A stretch of DNA of 64,000 bases. Source: Nemertoderma westbladi. Taxonomy: Eukaryota; Animalia; Xenacoelomorpha. Below the pieces are notes generated by a model. The model saw nothing but the letters and a program-made list of their open reading frames with translations, searched no databases and had not been told where the DNA came from. Position numbers and translations under genes: made by a program. Of the stretch, positions 12,599-24,400 are shown piece after piece; the stretch's first letter is position 1, and each line of letters begins with the position of its first letter. The DNA lies in NCBI GenBank assembly GCA_032718475.1, contig JAUCBJ010008553.1, forward strand, positions 29,319 to 93,318, in the 5' to 3' direction.

Positions 12599-13776
12599 CC
12601 CTATTAAAAACTCGGGGGTTGGGGGTCAATATGACCCCCACCCCCTGTAGTTTTTTTGTTATAATTCTGAAACAAACGCAGTTGTGCATCTGAAATTTTA
12701 TGAATTTTCTTAAAAATATATTGTCTTCTTAATAGTGAAAACAGTTTTCAAAAATATTTGGTAGTTTTCGAGTTATACAGTAGTAAAAATTTTTAACAAT
12801 TTTTTGAGACGTTGAAAATGACATTTCATGAAATATTATTTGTAACATATCTATTTTTGATTTACACTGGTTTTTGTGGTGTTTGCCATTAGAAGAAATT
12901 CATATAAATTAATTTAGAAATTTTAAACTTGCTTTTTTCGGCGGGTGCCCATGCCCAATTTTGTTGCCAGCACCAAATAAATTTGTAAATTGATTATTTG
13001 AACCTGTTTTTTACGCAATAGGGGTTTTTGAGGTTCTGGTATCGATGGAATATATACGAGTTGCACCACGCGTAGTTTTCGCGTACCACTTGTATTTTTC
13101 GATGCTGTGTGCAAATTTTGGTGCCAGCACGAAATGTTGAAATTCCTTTCAATAGTTCAATTGCGTGTGACAACTTATTTCTCGCGTTTTAGAGGTTTAT
13201 GGAGTTCTGAATTCAACGGAATAAATAATTATTTAACGAGACATCTAAAACTTGTATTTTTCGGAAGTGGGCGCAAAATATGGTGCTAGAACCGAATTTT
13301 GAAAACCCTCAAATATCAATTGATTGTGTCACCTTGTTTCTTGCATTATACAGTACGTATTTGTGAGGGTCCTGAAATCAATGGAATAAGTAAAAATTGC
13401 ATAATAGTTTTCAAACATGAATTTTTCATCGGTGGGTGAAAATTGTAGTGTCAGCACCAAATTTTTGAAAATAAGCAAATTGATCAATAGATAGTATCAT
13501 CTTGTTTCTTGCGTTATACGGGTTTATCATGTTGTTTCTTGCGTTATACGGGTTTATGAGGGTCCTGAATCTGATGGAATCAATAAAAACCGCACTGGCT
13601 TTTTGGTGATGGGTACGAAATTTGGTGCTAGAACCATAATTTGTCATATTACGCCGAAAAATACAAGTAGCAATGATCTGGCATATTAGAAATGTATTCC
13701 ATTAGAATCAGCGCTCTAGAAAACCTGAAAATGTGAATTTATAGCATCGTATAAGAGAATTAAAAATTTTGTGGGG
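12599..13776 (+). mobile_element. Non-autonomous piggyBac-type element, family B, with right part deleted
   Basis: Starts TTAA|CCCTATTA and ends GGG|TTAA (13777-13780); colinear with ~47836-48960. Confidence 0.82.
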
Positions 13777-13780
13777 TTAA

Positions 13781-14178
13781 GGTTCTATTACTTATGGCAG
13801 TAGTTGTAACAATACTTTTATATGAGAGTCCAGGTCCCGGGTTCATTGACTGTGTCAAGTACAATGAACACATCTCCAATCAGACTTTATAGCTATACAA
13901 CATTGGAGGTGTATCGTTGGTCCCCCTAGTTTGACACTTGAACAGAGCCTCCGCCCCCGCTTACAGGCCATTGCTTTCACTGTGAGGACCAGCCAGTGCA
14001 TAATCTTGTGCTTTGGCCGCCTTATGGACTGAATAAACATGGTGTACAGCCCATGACTTTCTTAAGACGCATCTTAAAGGACACTGGCCTTGAAGATGCT
14101 GATGATCTAGCAAATATCATGGGTGTTAGGGAGTTGTGGCGGCGCAATTTTGTCGACAATCCGGCACAGCATTCTTAA
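13781..14178 (+). mobile_element. RTE-like LINE 3' part (continuation of 10700-11170)
   Basis: The rejoined frame reads IKRNLKVLLLMAVVVTILLYES. The C-terminus LVLWPPYG...ILKDTGLEDADDLANIMGVRELWR is typical of RTE ORF ends. Confidence 0.78.
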
Positions 14179-14322
14179 TATATATGTAATGTATATAATG
14201 CAGCTACAATGGAGCATGCCGTGATACCGATCGTAGTAGTACTGTAGGCTCATGTAGAAAATAATACTTGATTCAAAATGATACCTACACAAATAGCTTG
14301 AAAGCTGAAACGGAGTTCCTAC

Positions 14323-14396
14323 CTTAAGCTCAATCTTTCTTCCCTGACAGTTCCAATTATCACTCCAACCTTCAATCGACAGTCCCAAGTTTCCAT
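14323..14396 (-). CDS. FMN/quinone reductase, coding exon 1 (start)
   Basis: ATG at 14396 gives METWDCRLKVGVIIGTVREERLSL(R), the family's N-terminal G(S/T)xRxxR FMN-phosphate loop. Donor AG|gtagga. The four exons total 74+111+204+235=624 nt = 207 aa + stop. Confidence 0.88.
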
Positions 14397-15522
14397 TATA
14401 TGTCGTATCTATGGAACCGGTATGTTGCTACGCCAGTAGACAGTCAGTAATAATTATAAAAATTGAAAATTAAACTTATCTTGGCTAAAAAAATGTTAAA
14501 AAATTAAAAAAAAAAAGTTATGAACTGATGTACTATACGATAAGGTTATCTACGCGTTTATATTAAATATTTTACATAGTATTCACTTAGCGTTGAACAC
14601 ATCAGATCTTTTTGCTAAACCAAGTTTAAAATAATATAAAAAAAACTTTAAATTATCAAAAGAACCGAAGATATCAAATGAACTGTTAGCACGAAACTTG
14701 AGTTTGTTGAAAAAAACTTATAAGATTTGTTCAGATTTTTCCTACTTATTAGTTGTCAATTCGTTGACCGAGTCACATGGCGATCGAGAGATGATATAAG
14801 AAAATAATTTTAAATTGCCTATATAAAATGCTTAATTAAATTTATTTACTTTTCCGGAGTACTTAATCATTAGGGCCCGTAGTTACTATTAGTGTAAAGT
14901 GCAGTACAACAAAATTGTTTAGCGGGTGTGATGAATATCCTTTCACAACCTACTGTAATCAATCAATTCTACGACATGTTGAATTAACCATCATCAGGCT
15001 CTGGTACATATATATGTACAATATACGTGTACATCATAAGCCTATATAATATGTACATTACAGAGGAAGCCTTAGTTAATTAGTGCAATGGGAGGAATGG
15101 AAGTTACGGGTCGATAATACATTACTCACGCTCAACCTACACGTTATTATATATGATGTATTTATCTTTACAATGCGAAATGTAATAAGGGAAATTCTTA
15201 GCGCCATCGGATTCCTTACCCTAGGCGCCGCCCATTCGTTAGTATTTAATTTATCCTCGCTGTGTCTTTTCATGTGAATTGTGATATAGTGTAGTTTCAG
15301 AATTCACAACGCGGATTTTGTTAATTAAAAGAGGATGATATTTTATGAAACAAGTTTCAAACTTAATTTAATTTCATGGGAAACACAAATTTGACCTAGT
15401 ACCAATCTATTGGTACTGCTGGTATTAATAACACTTTCCATCTAATTTCAAAACTGATTAATAACTATTTACATACTACAACTACTTCTACTAGGATCGG
15501 CATGCTGTATTGCAGTTGCATT

Positions 15523-15740
15523 TTAAGAATGCTGTGCCGGCTTGTCAACAAAATTGCACCGCCACAACTCCCTATCACCCATGACATTTGCTAGATCATC
15601 CGCATCTTCAAGGCCAGTGTCCTTTAAGATGCGTCCCAAGAAAGTCATTGGCTGTCCACCATGCTTATTCACTCCATGAGGCTGCCAAAGTACAAGATTA
15701 TGCATTGGCTGGTCCTCACGGCGAAAGCAATGTCCTGCAA
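15523..15740 (-). mobile_element. Second RTE-like LINE 3'-end copy, inverted relative to ~13960-14178
   Basis: Near-identical translation HNLVLWQPHG...LKDTGLEDADDLANVMGDRELWR. Confidence 0.8.
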
Positions 15741-15891
15741 AGCTTCATAAGCAAAGCTTCAAACTATTGACACCATTGTGTGTGCAAAGTAGCACTTTTC
15801 AGCGTTATGACACGAGTTTATTTATGTGTTTACGCAAATAAACAAGGGTCTTTAACGCTGAAAAGTGACCTTTGAAACCAATGATGTATGT

Positions 15892-16473
15892 AATTTTGTT
15901 ACATTATGTCAACTTATCAGCGTTCGGTATGTGAAGAAAGGATTTTATGGATGTTCATTTATACATTTTAATCATGTATTATATCGAATATAAGTGAAAT
16001 TTATTAACAGGTTACACAGTATTAATTAATACATTTATATCTAATTAAAGTTTATTGTTGTTATCTCCTGCATGGATGTGATAAATCGTCCATCTTGAGT
16101 TTCGTCGACTGAAGCAAACTGAGTCATCCGTTCAGTTTTACTGAACACTGTCGCCATTTTCTTTGCTCAATTTCTGTATAAAGTGTCTACTATTGGACGT
16201 TTACAGTACACTTTAAACAATTATTTACATACTGTAGAGTAGACAGACAGTCCTGTGGTCTCGTCACTGCAAACTGGATAATATAGCAGCATATAGTAGC
16301 ATTAACATAAATGTAAAGAATACATTGTGGAAAACGGTAATTTAAGTTGTTTCCATGTTATTAATTACTTTGCAGCATTCCGTCCTATAGGCCGCAACGT
16401 TGCAAAGTAGTACTTTGCAGCGTTACGAGTAATTCATCAGAACGCTGATAAGTTGGCAAAATGTAACAAAATT
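15892..16473. mobile_element. MITE-like element with ~34-bp inverted repeats
   Basis: AATTTTGTTACATTATGTCAACTTATCAGCGTTC (15892-15925) versus its reverse complement at 16440-16473, 2 mismatches. Confidence 0.6.
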
Positions 16474-17155
16474 TATTACTAAATTACAAGATTTAGTTGT
16501 TGAAAATCTATAAAATATTTTCATGGTACAATAATTTATTATTTTTTATAAATAGTGTACATGTTCCAAAAAATATATAGATACTTTTCCAAATTAACCG
16601 TTAGTGTTTTTTTTAACTATTCTGCAAATCCGATAATAGTGTAGCTAAAAACAGTATTTTCATGGTATTTTCGTGGCAGTAAGACAAAAACGCTGAAACA
16701 CTGAATAAGTTTGGTTACAGGTTTTGAATAACAAAAGACTGATTGATGATTCCAAATCCCAACTAATCCTGCACTCCCACATCTTGTACGGCTTTTCGTT
16801 GCATTTCCATCGTATTCGTATAGAGAAAGTTGCACCTGGCAATTAAATCAAACGTCATTCCTTTGATTGTTTTTAACGAGCGGCAAATATATTTGAAGAA
16901 GATAATAATTATTATAATCAAACGTGAATTTAATGACTTGATCACATCTTTCATCTCCAACTACAAAATCGCTATAAAATAATCGGATCTTTATAAAAAA
17001 TCTTATAAATTTCCTTAAAATAGAGTTGTGACTATCATAACATTATGTTTATTTTGTTCTAAATAATTTAGTGACAAAGTAAGTAAAAACGTATTCAATC
17101 AGAAAATAAATAGCAGAACTGTATTTTCCACCGACCCTTGGACGTATAATTTATG

Positions 17156-17262
17156 GCACTGAGCGGGCTCAATTGGATTTGTGGCTCGGAGCACTGAGCG
17201 AGCGCAATGCGATTGGTAGCTCGGAGCACTGAGCCAGCTCAATGGGATTGGTGGCTCGGAGA
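17156..17262 (+). repeat. Three copies of a ~35-bp tandem repeat
   Basis: GCACTGAGC..GCTCAA.....TTGGTGGCTCGGA repeated three times. Confidence 0.75.
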
Positions 17263-17604
17263 GCATCAAACACATGCATGGTGGTATTAATATGAAAACA
17301 ATAAAAAATAAATAAAATAGGACATGGGGTCTTATTCCCTCAGATACTACCTAGCATTTATGGCCACTTGGGCCATTGTTAGTACTCAGGCACTAAGGCC
17401 CATTAAAAAACAAAATACCAAATCGATTTTAGTGCTACATATCCCAACCCAACTACCACAGGAAAAACTACACCAAACCATACAGTAACTACAGGTACCG
17501 GTAAGTATTGCACGAAATAGGCTATCTTATAAATTACGAAAAATATATAGGACATTTTGTCCGCCGAAAAGGTAAGTCTAAGTAATAAATTTTATAAAAA
17601 TAAA

Positions 17605-17676
17605 AGGGTTTCGGAGATTTAAACACTGTACCCTGGGATTCGTGGTTCTCCTCATCAGCAGTGTGCCACGAACCCC
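17605..17676 (-). ncRNA. Hammerhead ribozyme, non-circularly permuted (pseudoknotted) topology
   Basis: Minus-strand RNA GGGGUUCGUGG C ACACUG CUGAUGA GGAGA A CCACGAAUCCC AGGG UA CAGUGU UUAAA UCUCC GAAA CCCU. It has the intact CUGAUGA, GAAA and GUA core, stem I of 6 bp, stem II of 5 bp, stem III of 5 bp, and an extra 11-bp helix. Confidence 0.8.
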
Positions 17677-17928
17677 ACCCCTAACCTAACAAAACTGCAC
17701 CACTAAATTAAGACAATGACCAATAAATAAGAAATCCCACCGTACCTCCCCCAGAGTTGAAACCACCCACCCCCAATGTATGTTACCATCAGCCCCAAAT
17801 GCATAAACATGATTCCCCACTGAATGCAACCAACCCCAAATTAGCACCTACCGGTATGTACAGATAAATTATCAGATTTTTAAACAAAATTGCGCAGATG
17901 TCAGAAAATGCCCCTGTAAATATATAAT

Positions 17929-18400
17929 GCATGGTGGTGAACTAGCAATATCCTTTGGGAAACAGAGTGGAATGGTTACTGTGGAAGATCACCCAGGGTG
18001 GTGAACAGTGATTCCTTTAGGAAACAGAGTGGAAGGGTGTACTGTCAGACTGTGGAAGATCACCCATGGTGGTGAACAGGCATTCCTTTAGGACACAGAG
18101 TGGAAGGGTTTACTGTGGAAGATCACCCTTGATGGTGAACAGGCATTCATTTAGGAAACAGAGTGGAATGGTTTACAGTAGATGATCACCCATTGTGGTG
18201 AACAGGCATTCATTTAGGAAACAGAGTTGAAGGGTTTACTGTGGAAAATAAAACATGCATGGAGGTGAACTGGCAATATCCTTTGGGAAACAGAGTGGAA
18301 GGGTTTGCTGTGGAAGTTCACTCATGATGATGAACAGGAATTCATTTAGGAAACAGAGTGGAATGGTTTACAGTAGATGATCACCCATTGTGGTGAACAG
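17929..18400 (+). repeat. ~63-bp tandem repeat, ~7 copies
   Basis: GGTGGTGAACAGGCATTC.TTTAGGAAACAGAGTGGAAGGGTTTACTGTGGAAGATCACCCAT units start at 18068, 18131 and 18194. Confidence 0.88.
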
Positions 18401-21400
18401 TATAGGCAGTTCGCAGCTATTACAGTAGTACAGTATAGGCAGTTCGCAGCTATTACAGTAGTACAGTATAGGCAGTTCGCAGCTATTACAGTAGTACAGT
18501 ATAGGCAGTTCGCAGCTATTACAGTAGTACAGTATAGGCAGTTCGCAGCTATTACAGTAAGTACAGTATAGGCAGTTCGCAGCTATTACAGTAGTACAGT
18601 ATAGGCAGTTCGAAGCTATTACAGTAGTACAGTATAGGCAGTTCGCAGCTATTACAGTAGTACGGTATAGGCAGTTCGCAGCTATTACAGTAGTACAGTA
18701 TAGGCAGTTTGCAGCTATTGCAGTAGTACAGTATAGGCAGTTCGCAGCTATTACAGTAGTACAGTATAGGCAGTTCGAAGCTATTACAGTAGTACAGTAT
18801 AGGCAGTTCGCAGCTATTACAGTAGTACAGTATAGGCAGTTCGCAGCTATTACAGTAAGTACAGTATAGGCAGTTCGCAGCTATTACAGTAGTACAGTAT
18901 AGGCAGTTCGCAGCTATTACAGTAGTACAGTATAGGCAGTTCGCAGCTATTACAGTAGTACAGTATAGGCAGTTCGAAGCTATTACAGTAGTACAGTATA
19001 GGCAGTTCGAAGCTATTACAGTAAGTACAGTATAGGCAGTTCGCAGCTATTGCAGTAGTACAGTATAGGCAGTTCGCAGCTATTAAAGTAGTACAGTATA
19101 GGCAGTTCCCAGCTATTACAGTAGTACAGTATAGGCAGTTCGCAGCTATTACAGTAGTACAGTATAGGCAGTTCGCAGCTATTACAGTAGTACAGTATAG
19201 GCAGTTCGCAGCTATTACAGTAGTACAGTATAGGCAGTTCGCAGCAATTACAGTAGTACAGTATAGGCAGTTCGCAGCTATTACAGTAGTACAGTATAGG
19301 CAGTTCGCAGCTATTACAGTAGTACAGTATAGGCAGTTCGCAGCTATTACAGTAGTACAGTATAGGCAGTTCGCAGCAATTACAGTAGTACAGTATAGGC
19401 AGTTCGCAGCTATTACAGTAGTACAGTATAGGCAGTTCGCAGCTATTACAGTAGTACAGTATAGGCAGTTCGCAGCTATTACAGTAAGTACAGTATAGGC
19501 AGTTCGCAGCTATTACAGTAGTACAGTATAGGCAGTTCGAAGCTATTACAGTAGTACAGTATAGGCAGTTCGCAGCTATTACAGTAGTACAGTATAGGCA
19601 GTTCGCAGCTATTACAGTAGTACAGTATAGGCAGTTCGCAGCTATTACAGTAGTACAATATAGGCAGTTCGCAGCTATTACAGTAGTACGGTATAGGCAG
19701 TTCGAAGCTATTACAGTAGTACAGTATAGGCAGTACGCAGCTATTACAGTAGTACAGTATAGGCAGTTCGCAGCTATTACAGTAGTACAGTATAGGCAGT
19801 TCGCAGCTATTACAGTAGTACAGTATAGGCAGTTCGCAGCTATTACAGTAGTACAGTATAGGCAGTACGCAGCTATTACAGTAGTACAGTATAGGCAGTT
19901 CGCAGCTATTACAGTAGTACAGTATAGGCAGTTCGCAGCTATTACAGTAGTACAGTATAGGCAGTACGCAGCTATTACAGTAGTACAGTATAGGCAGTTC
20001 GCAGCTATTACAGTAGTACAGTATAGGCAGTTCGCAGCTATTACAGTAGTACAGTATAGGCAGTTCGCAGCTATTACAGTAGTACAGTATAGGCAGTACG
20101 CAGCTATTACAGTAGTACAGTATAGGCAGTTCGCAGCTATTACAGTAGTACAGTATAGGCAGTTCGCAGCTATTACAGTAGTACAGTATAGGCAGTTCGC
20201 AGCTATTACAGTAGTACAGTATAGGCAGTACGCAGCTATTACAGTAGTACAGTATAGGCAGTTCGCAGCTATTACAGTAGTACAGTATAGGCAGTTCGCA
20301 GCTATTACAGTAGTACAGTATAGGCAGTACGCAGCTATTACAGTAGTACAGTATAGGCAGTTCGCAGCTATTACAGTAGTACAGTATAGGCAGTTCGCAG
20401 CTATTACAGTAGTACAGTATAGGCAGTTCGCAGCTATTACAGTAGTACAGTATAGGCAGTTCGCAGATATTACAGTAGTACAGTATAGGCAGTTCGAAGC
20501 TATTACAGTAAGTACAGTATAGGCAGTTCGAAGCTATTACAGTAGTACAGTATAGGCAGTTCGCAGCTATTACAGTAGTACAGTATAGGCAGTTCGCAGC
20601 TATTACAGTAGTACAGTATAGGCAGTTCGCAGCTATTACAGTAGTACAGTATAGGCAGTTCGCAGCTATTACAGTAGTACAGTATAGGCAGTTCGCAGCT
20701 ATTACAGTAGTACAGTATAGGCAGTTCGCAGCTATTACAGTAGTACAGTATAGGCAGTTCGCAGCTATTACAGTAGTACAGTATAGGCAGTTCGCAGATA
20801 TTACAGTAGTACAGTATAGGCAGTTCGAAGCTATTACAGTAAGTACAGTATAGGCAGTTCGAAGCTATTACAGTAGTACAGTATAGGCAGTTCGCAGCTA
20901 TTACAGTAGTACAGTATAGGCAGTTCGCAGCTATTACAGTAGTACAGTATAGGCAGTTCGCAGCTATTACAGTAGTACAGTATAGGCAGTTCGCAGCTAT
21001 TACAGTAGTACAGTATAGGCAGTTCGCAGCTATTACAGTAGTACAATATAGGCAGTTCGCAGCTATTACAGTAGTACGGTATAGGCAGTTCGAAGCTATT
21101 ACAGTAGTACAGTATAGGCAGTTCGAAGCTATTACAGTAGTACAGTATAGGCAGTTCGCAGCTATTACAGTAGTACAGTATAGGCAGTTCGAAGCTATTA
21201 CAGTAAGTACAGTATAGGCAGTTCGCAGCTATTGCAGTAGTACAGTATAGGCAGTTCGCAGCTATTAAAGTAGTACAGTATAGGCAGTTCCCAGCTATTA
21301 CAGTAGTACAGTATAGGCAGTTCGAAGCTATTACAGTAGTACAGTATAGGCAGTTCGCAGCTATTACAGTAGTACAGTATAGGCAGTTCGAAGCTATTAC

Positions 21401-24400
21401 AGTAAGTACAGTATAGGCAGTTCGCAGCTATTACAGTAAGTACAGTATAGGCAGTTCGCAGCTATTACAGTAGTACAGTATAGGCAGTTCGCAGCTATTA
21501 CAGTAGTACAGTATAGGCAGTTCGCAGCTATTACAGTAGTACAGTATAGGCAGTTCGCAGCAATTACAGTAGTACAGTATAGGCAGTTCGCAGCTATTAC
21601 AGTAGTACAGTATAGGCAGTTCGCAGCAATTACAGTAGTACAGTATAGGCAGTTCGCAGCTATTGCAGTAGTACAGTATAGGCAGTTCGCAGCAATTACA
21701 GTAGTACAGTATAGGCAGTTCGCAGCTATTGCAGTAGTACAGTATAGGCAGTTCGCAGCTATTGCAGTAGTACAGTATAGGCAGTTCGAAGCTATTACAG
21801 TAGTACAGTATAGGCAGTTCGCAGCACTTACAGTAGTACAGTATAGGCAGTTCGCAGCTATTGCAGTAGTACAGTATAGGCAGTTCGCAGCTATTACAGT
21901 AGTACAGTATAGGCAGTTCGCAGCTATTACAGTAAGTACAGTATAGGCAGTTCGCAGCTATTACAGTAGTACAGTATAGGCAGTTCGCAGCTATTACAGT
22001 AGTACAGTATAGGCAGATCCCAGATATTACAGTAGTACAGTATAGGCAGTTCGAAGCTATTACAGTAGTACAGTATAGGCAGTTCGCAGCTATTACAGTA
22101 GTACAGTATAGGCAGTTCGCAGCTATTACAGTAGTACAGTATAGGCAGTTCGCAGCTATTACAGTAGTACAGTATAGGCAGTTCGCAGCAATTACAGTAG
22201 TACAGTATAGGCAGTTCGCAGCTATTGCAGTAGTACAGTATAGGCAGTTCGCAGCTATTACAGTAGTACAGTATAGGCAGATCCCAGATATTACAGTAGT
22301 ACAGTATAGGCAGTTCGCAGCTATTACAGTAGTACAGTATAGGCAGTTCGAAGCTATTACAGTAGTACAGTATAGGCAGTTCGCAGCTATTACAGTAGTA
22401 CAGTATAGGCAGTTCGCAGCTATTACAGTAGTACAGTATATGCAGTTCGAAGCTATTACAGTAGTACAGTATAGGCAGTTCGCAGCTATTGCAGTAGTAC
22501 AGTATAGGCAGTTCGCAGCTATTACAGTATTACAGTATAGGCAGATCCCAGATATTACAGTAGTACAGTATAGGCAGTTCGCAGCTATTACAGTAGTACA
22601 GTATAGGCAGTTCGAAGCTATTACAGTAAAACAGTATAGGCAGTTCGCAGCTATTACAGTAGTACAGTATATGCAGTTCGAAGCTATTACAGTAAGTACA
22701 GTATAGGCAGTTCGCAGCTATTGCAGTAGTACAGTATAGGCAGTTCGCAGCTATTAAAGTAGTACGGTATAGGCAGTTCGCAGCTATTACAGTAGTACAG
22801 TATAGGCAGTTCGAAGCTATTACAGTAGTACAGTATAGGCAGTTCGAAGCTATTACAGTAGTACAGTATAGGCAGTTCGCAGCTATTGCAGTAGTACAGT
22901 ATAGGCAGTTCGCAGCTATTACAGTAGTACAGTATAGGCAGTTCGCAGCTATTACAGTAGTACAGTATAGGCAGTTCGAAGCTATTACAGTAGTACAGTA
23001 TAGGCAGTTCGCAGCTATTACAGTAGTACAGTATAGGCAGTTCGCAGCTATTACAGTAGTACAGTATAGGCAGTTCGCAGCTATTACAGTAGTACAGTAT
23101 AGGCAGTTCGCAGCTATTACAGTAGTACAGTATAGGCAGTTCGCAGCTATTACAGTAGTACAGTATAGGCAGTTCGCAGCTATTACAGTAGTACAGTTTA
23201 GGCAGTTCGAAGCTATTACAGTAATACAGTATAGGCAGTTCGCAGCTATTACAGTAGTACAGTATAGGCAGTTCGCAGCTATTACAGTAGTACAGTATAG
23301 GCAGTTCGCAGCTATTGCAGTAGTACAGTATAGGCAGATCCCAGATATTACAGTAGTACAGTATAGGCAGTTCGCAGCTATTACAGTAGTACAGTATAGG
23401 CAGTTCGAAGCTATTACAGTAGTACAGTATAGGCAGTTCGCAGCTATTACAGTAGTACAGTATAGGCAGTTCGAAGCTATTACATTAGTACAGTATAGGC
23501 AGTTCGCAGCTATTACAGTAAAACAGTATAGGCAGTTCGAAGCTATTACAGTAGTACAGTATAGGCAGTTCGCAGCTATTACAGTAGTACAGTATAGGCA
23601 GTTCGAAGCTATTACAGTAGTACAGTATAGGCAGTTCGCAGCTATTACAGTAGTACAGTATAGGCAGATCCCAGATATTACAGTAGTACAGTATAGGTAG
23701 TTCGCAGCTATTACAGTAGTACAGTATAGGCAGTTCGAAGCTATTACATTAGTACAGTATAGGCAGTTCGCAGCTATTACAGTAAAACAGTATAGGCAGT
23801 TCGAAGCTATTACAGTAGTACAGTATAGGCAGTTCGCAGCAATTACAGTAGTACAGTATAGGCAGTTCGCAGCTATTACAGTAGTACAGTATAGGCAGTT
23901 CGAAGCTATTACAGTAGTACAGTATAGGCAGATCCCAGATATTACAGTAGTACAGTATAGGTAGTTCGCAGCTATTACAGTAGTACAGTATAGGCAGTTC
24001 GAAGCTATTACATTAGTACAGTATAGGCAGTTCGCAGCTATTACAGTAGTACAGTATAGGCAGTTCGCAGCTATTACAGTAGTACAGTATAGGCAGTTCG
24101 AAGCTATTACATTAATACAGTATAGGCAGTTCGCAGCTATTACAGTAGTACAGTATAGGCAGTTCGCAGCTATTACAGTAGTACAGTATAGGCAGTTCGA
24201 AGCTATTACATTAGTACAGTATAGGCAGTTCGCAGCTATTACAGTAGTACAGTATAGGCAGTTCGCAGCTATTACAGTAGTACAGTATAGGCAGTTCGAA
24301 GCTATTACAGTAGTACAGTATAGGCAGTTCGCAGCAATTACAGTAGTACAGTATAGGCAGTTCGCAGCTATTACAGTAGTACAGTATAGGCAGTTCGAAG

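Noticed and set aside
16722-16835. Exon-like minus-strand segment upstream of the reductase
   Set aside because: Plausible splice sites but no recognisable product, and the reductase is complete without it. It may be a UTR exon but this is unsupported.
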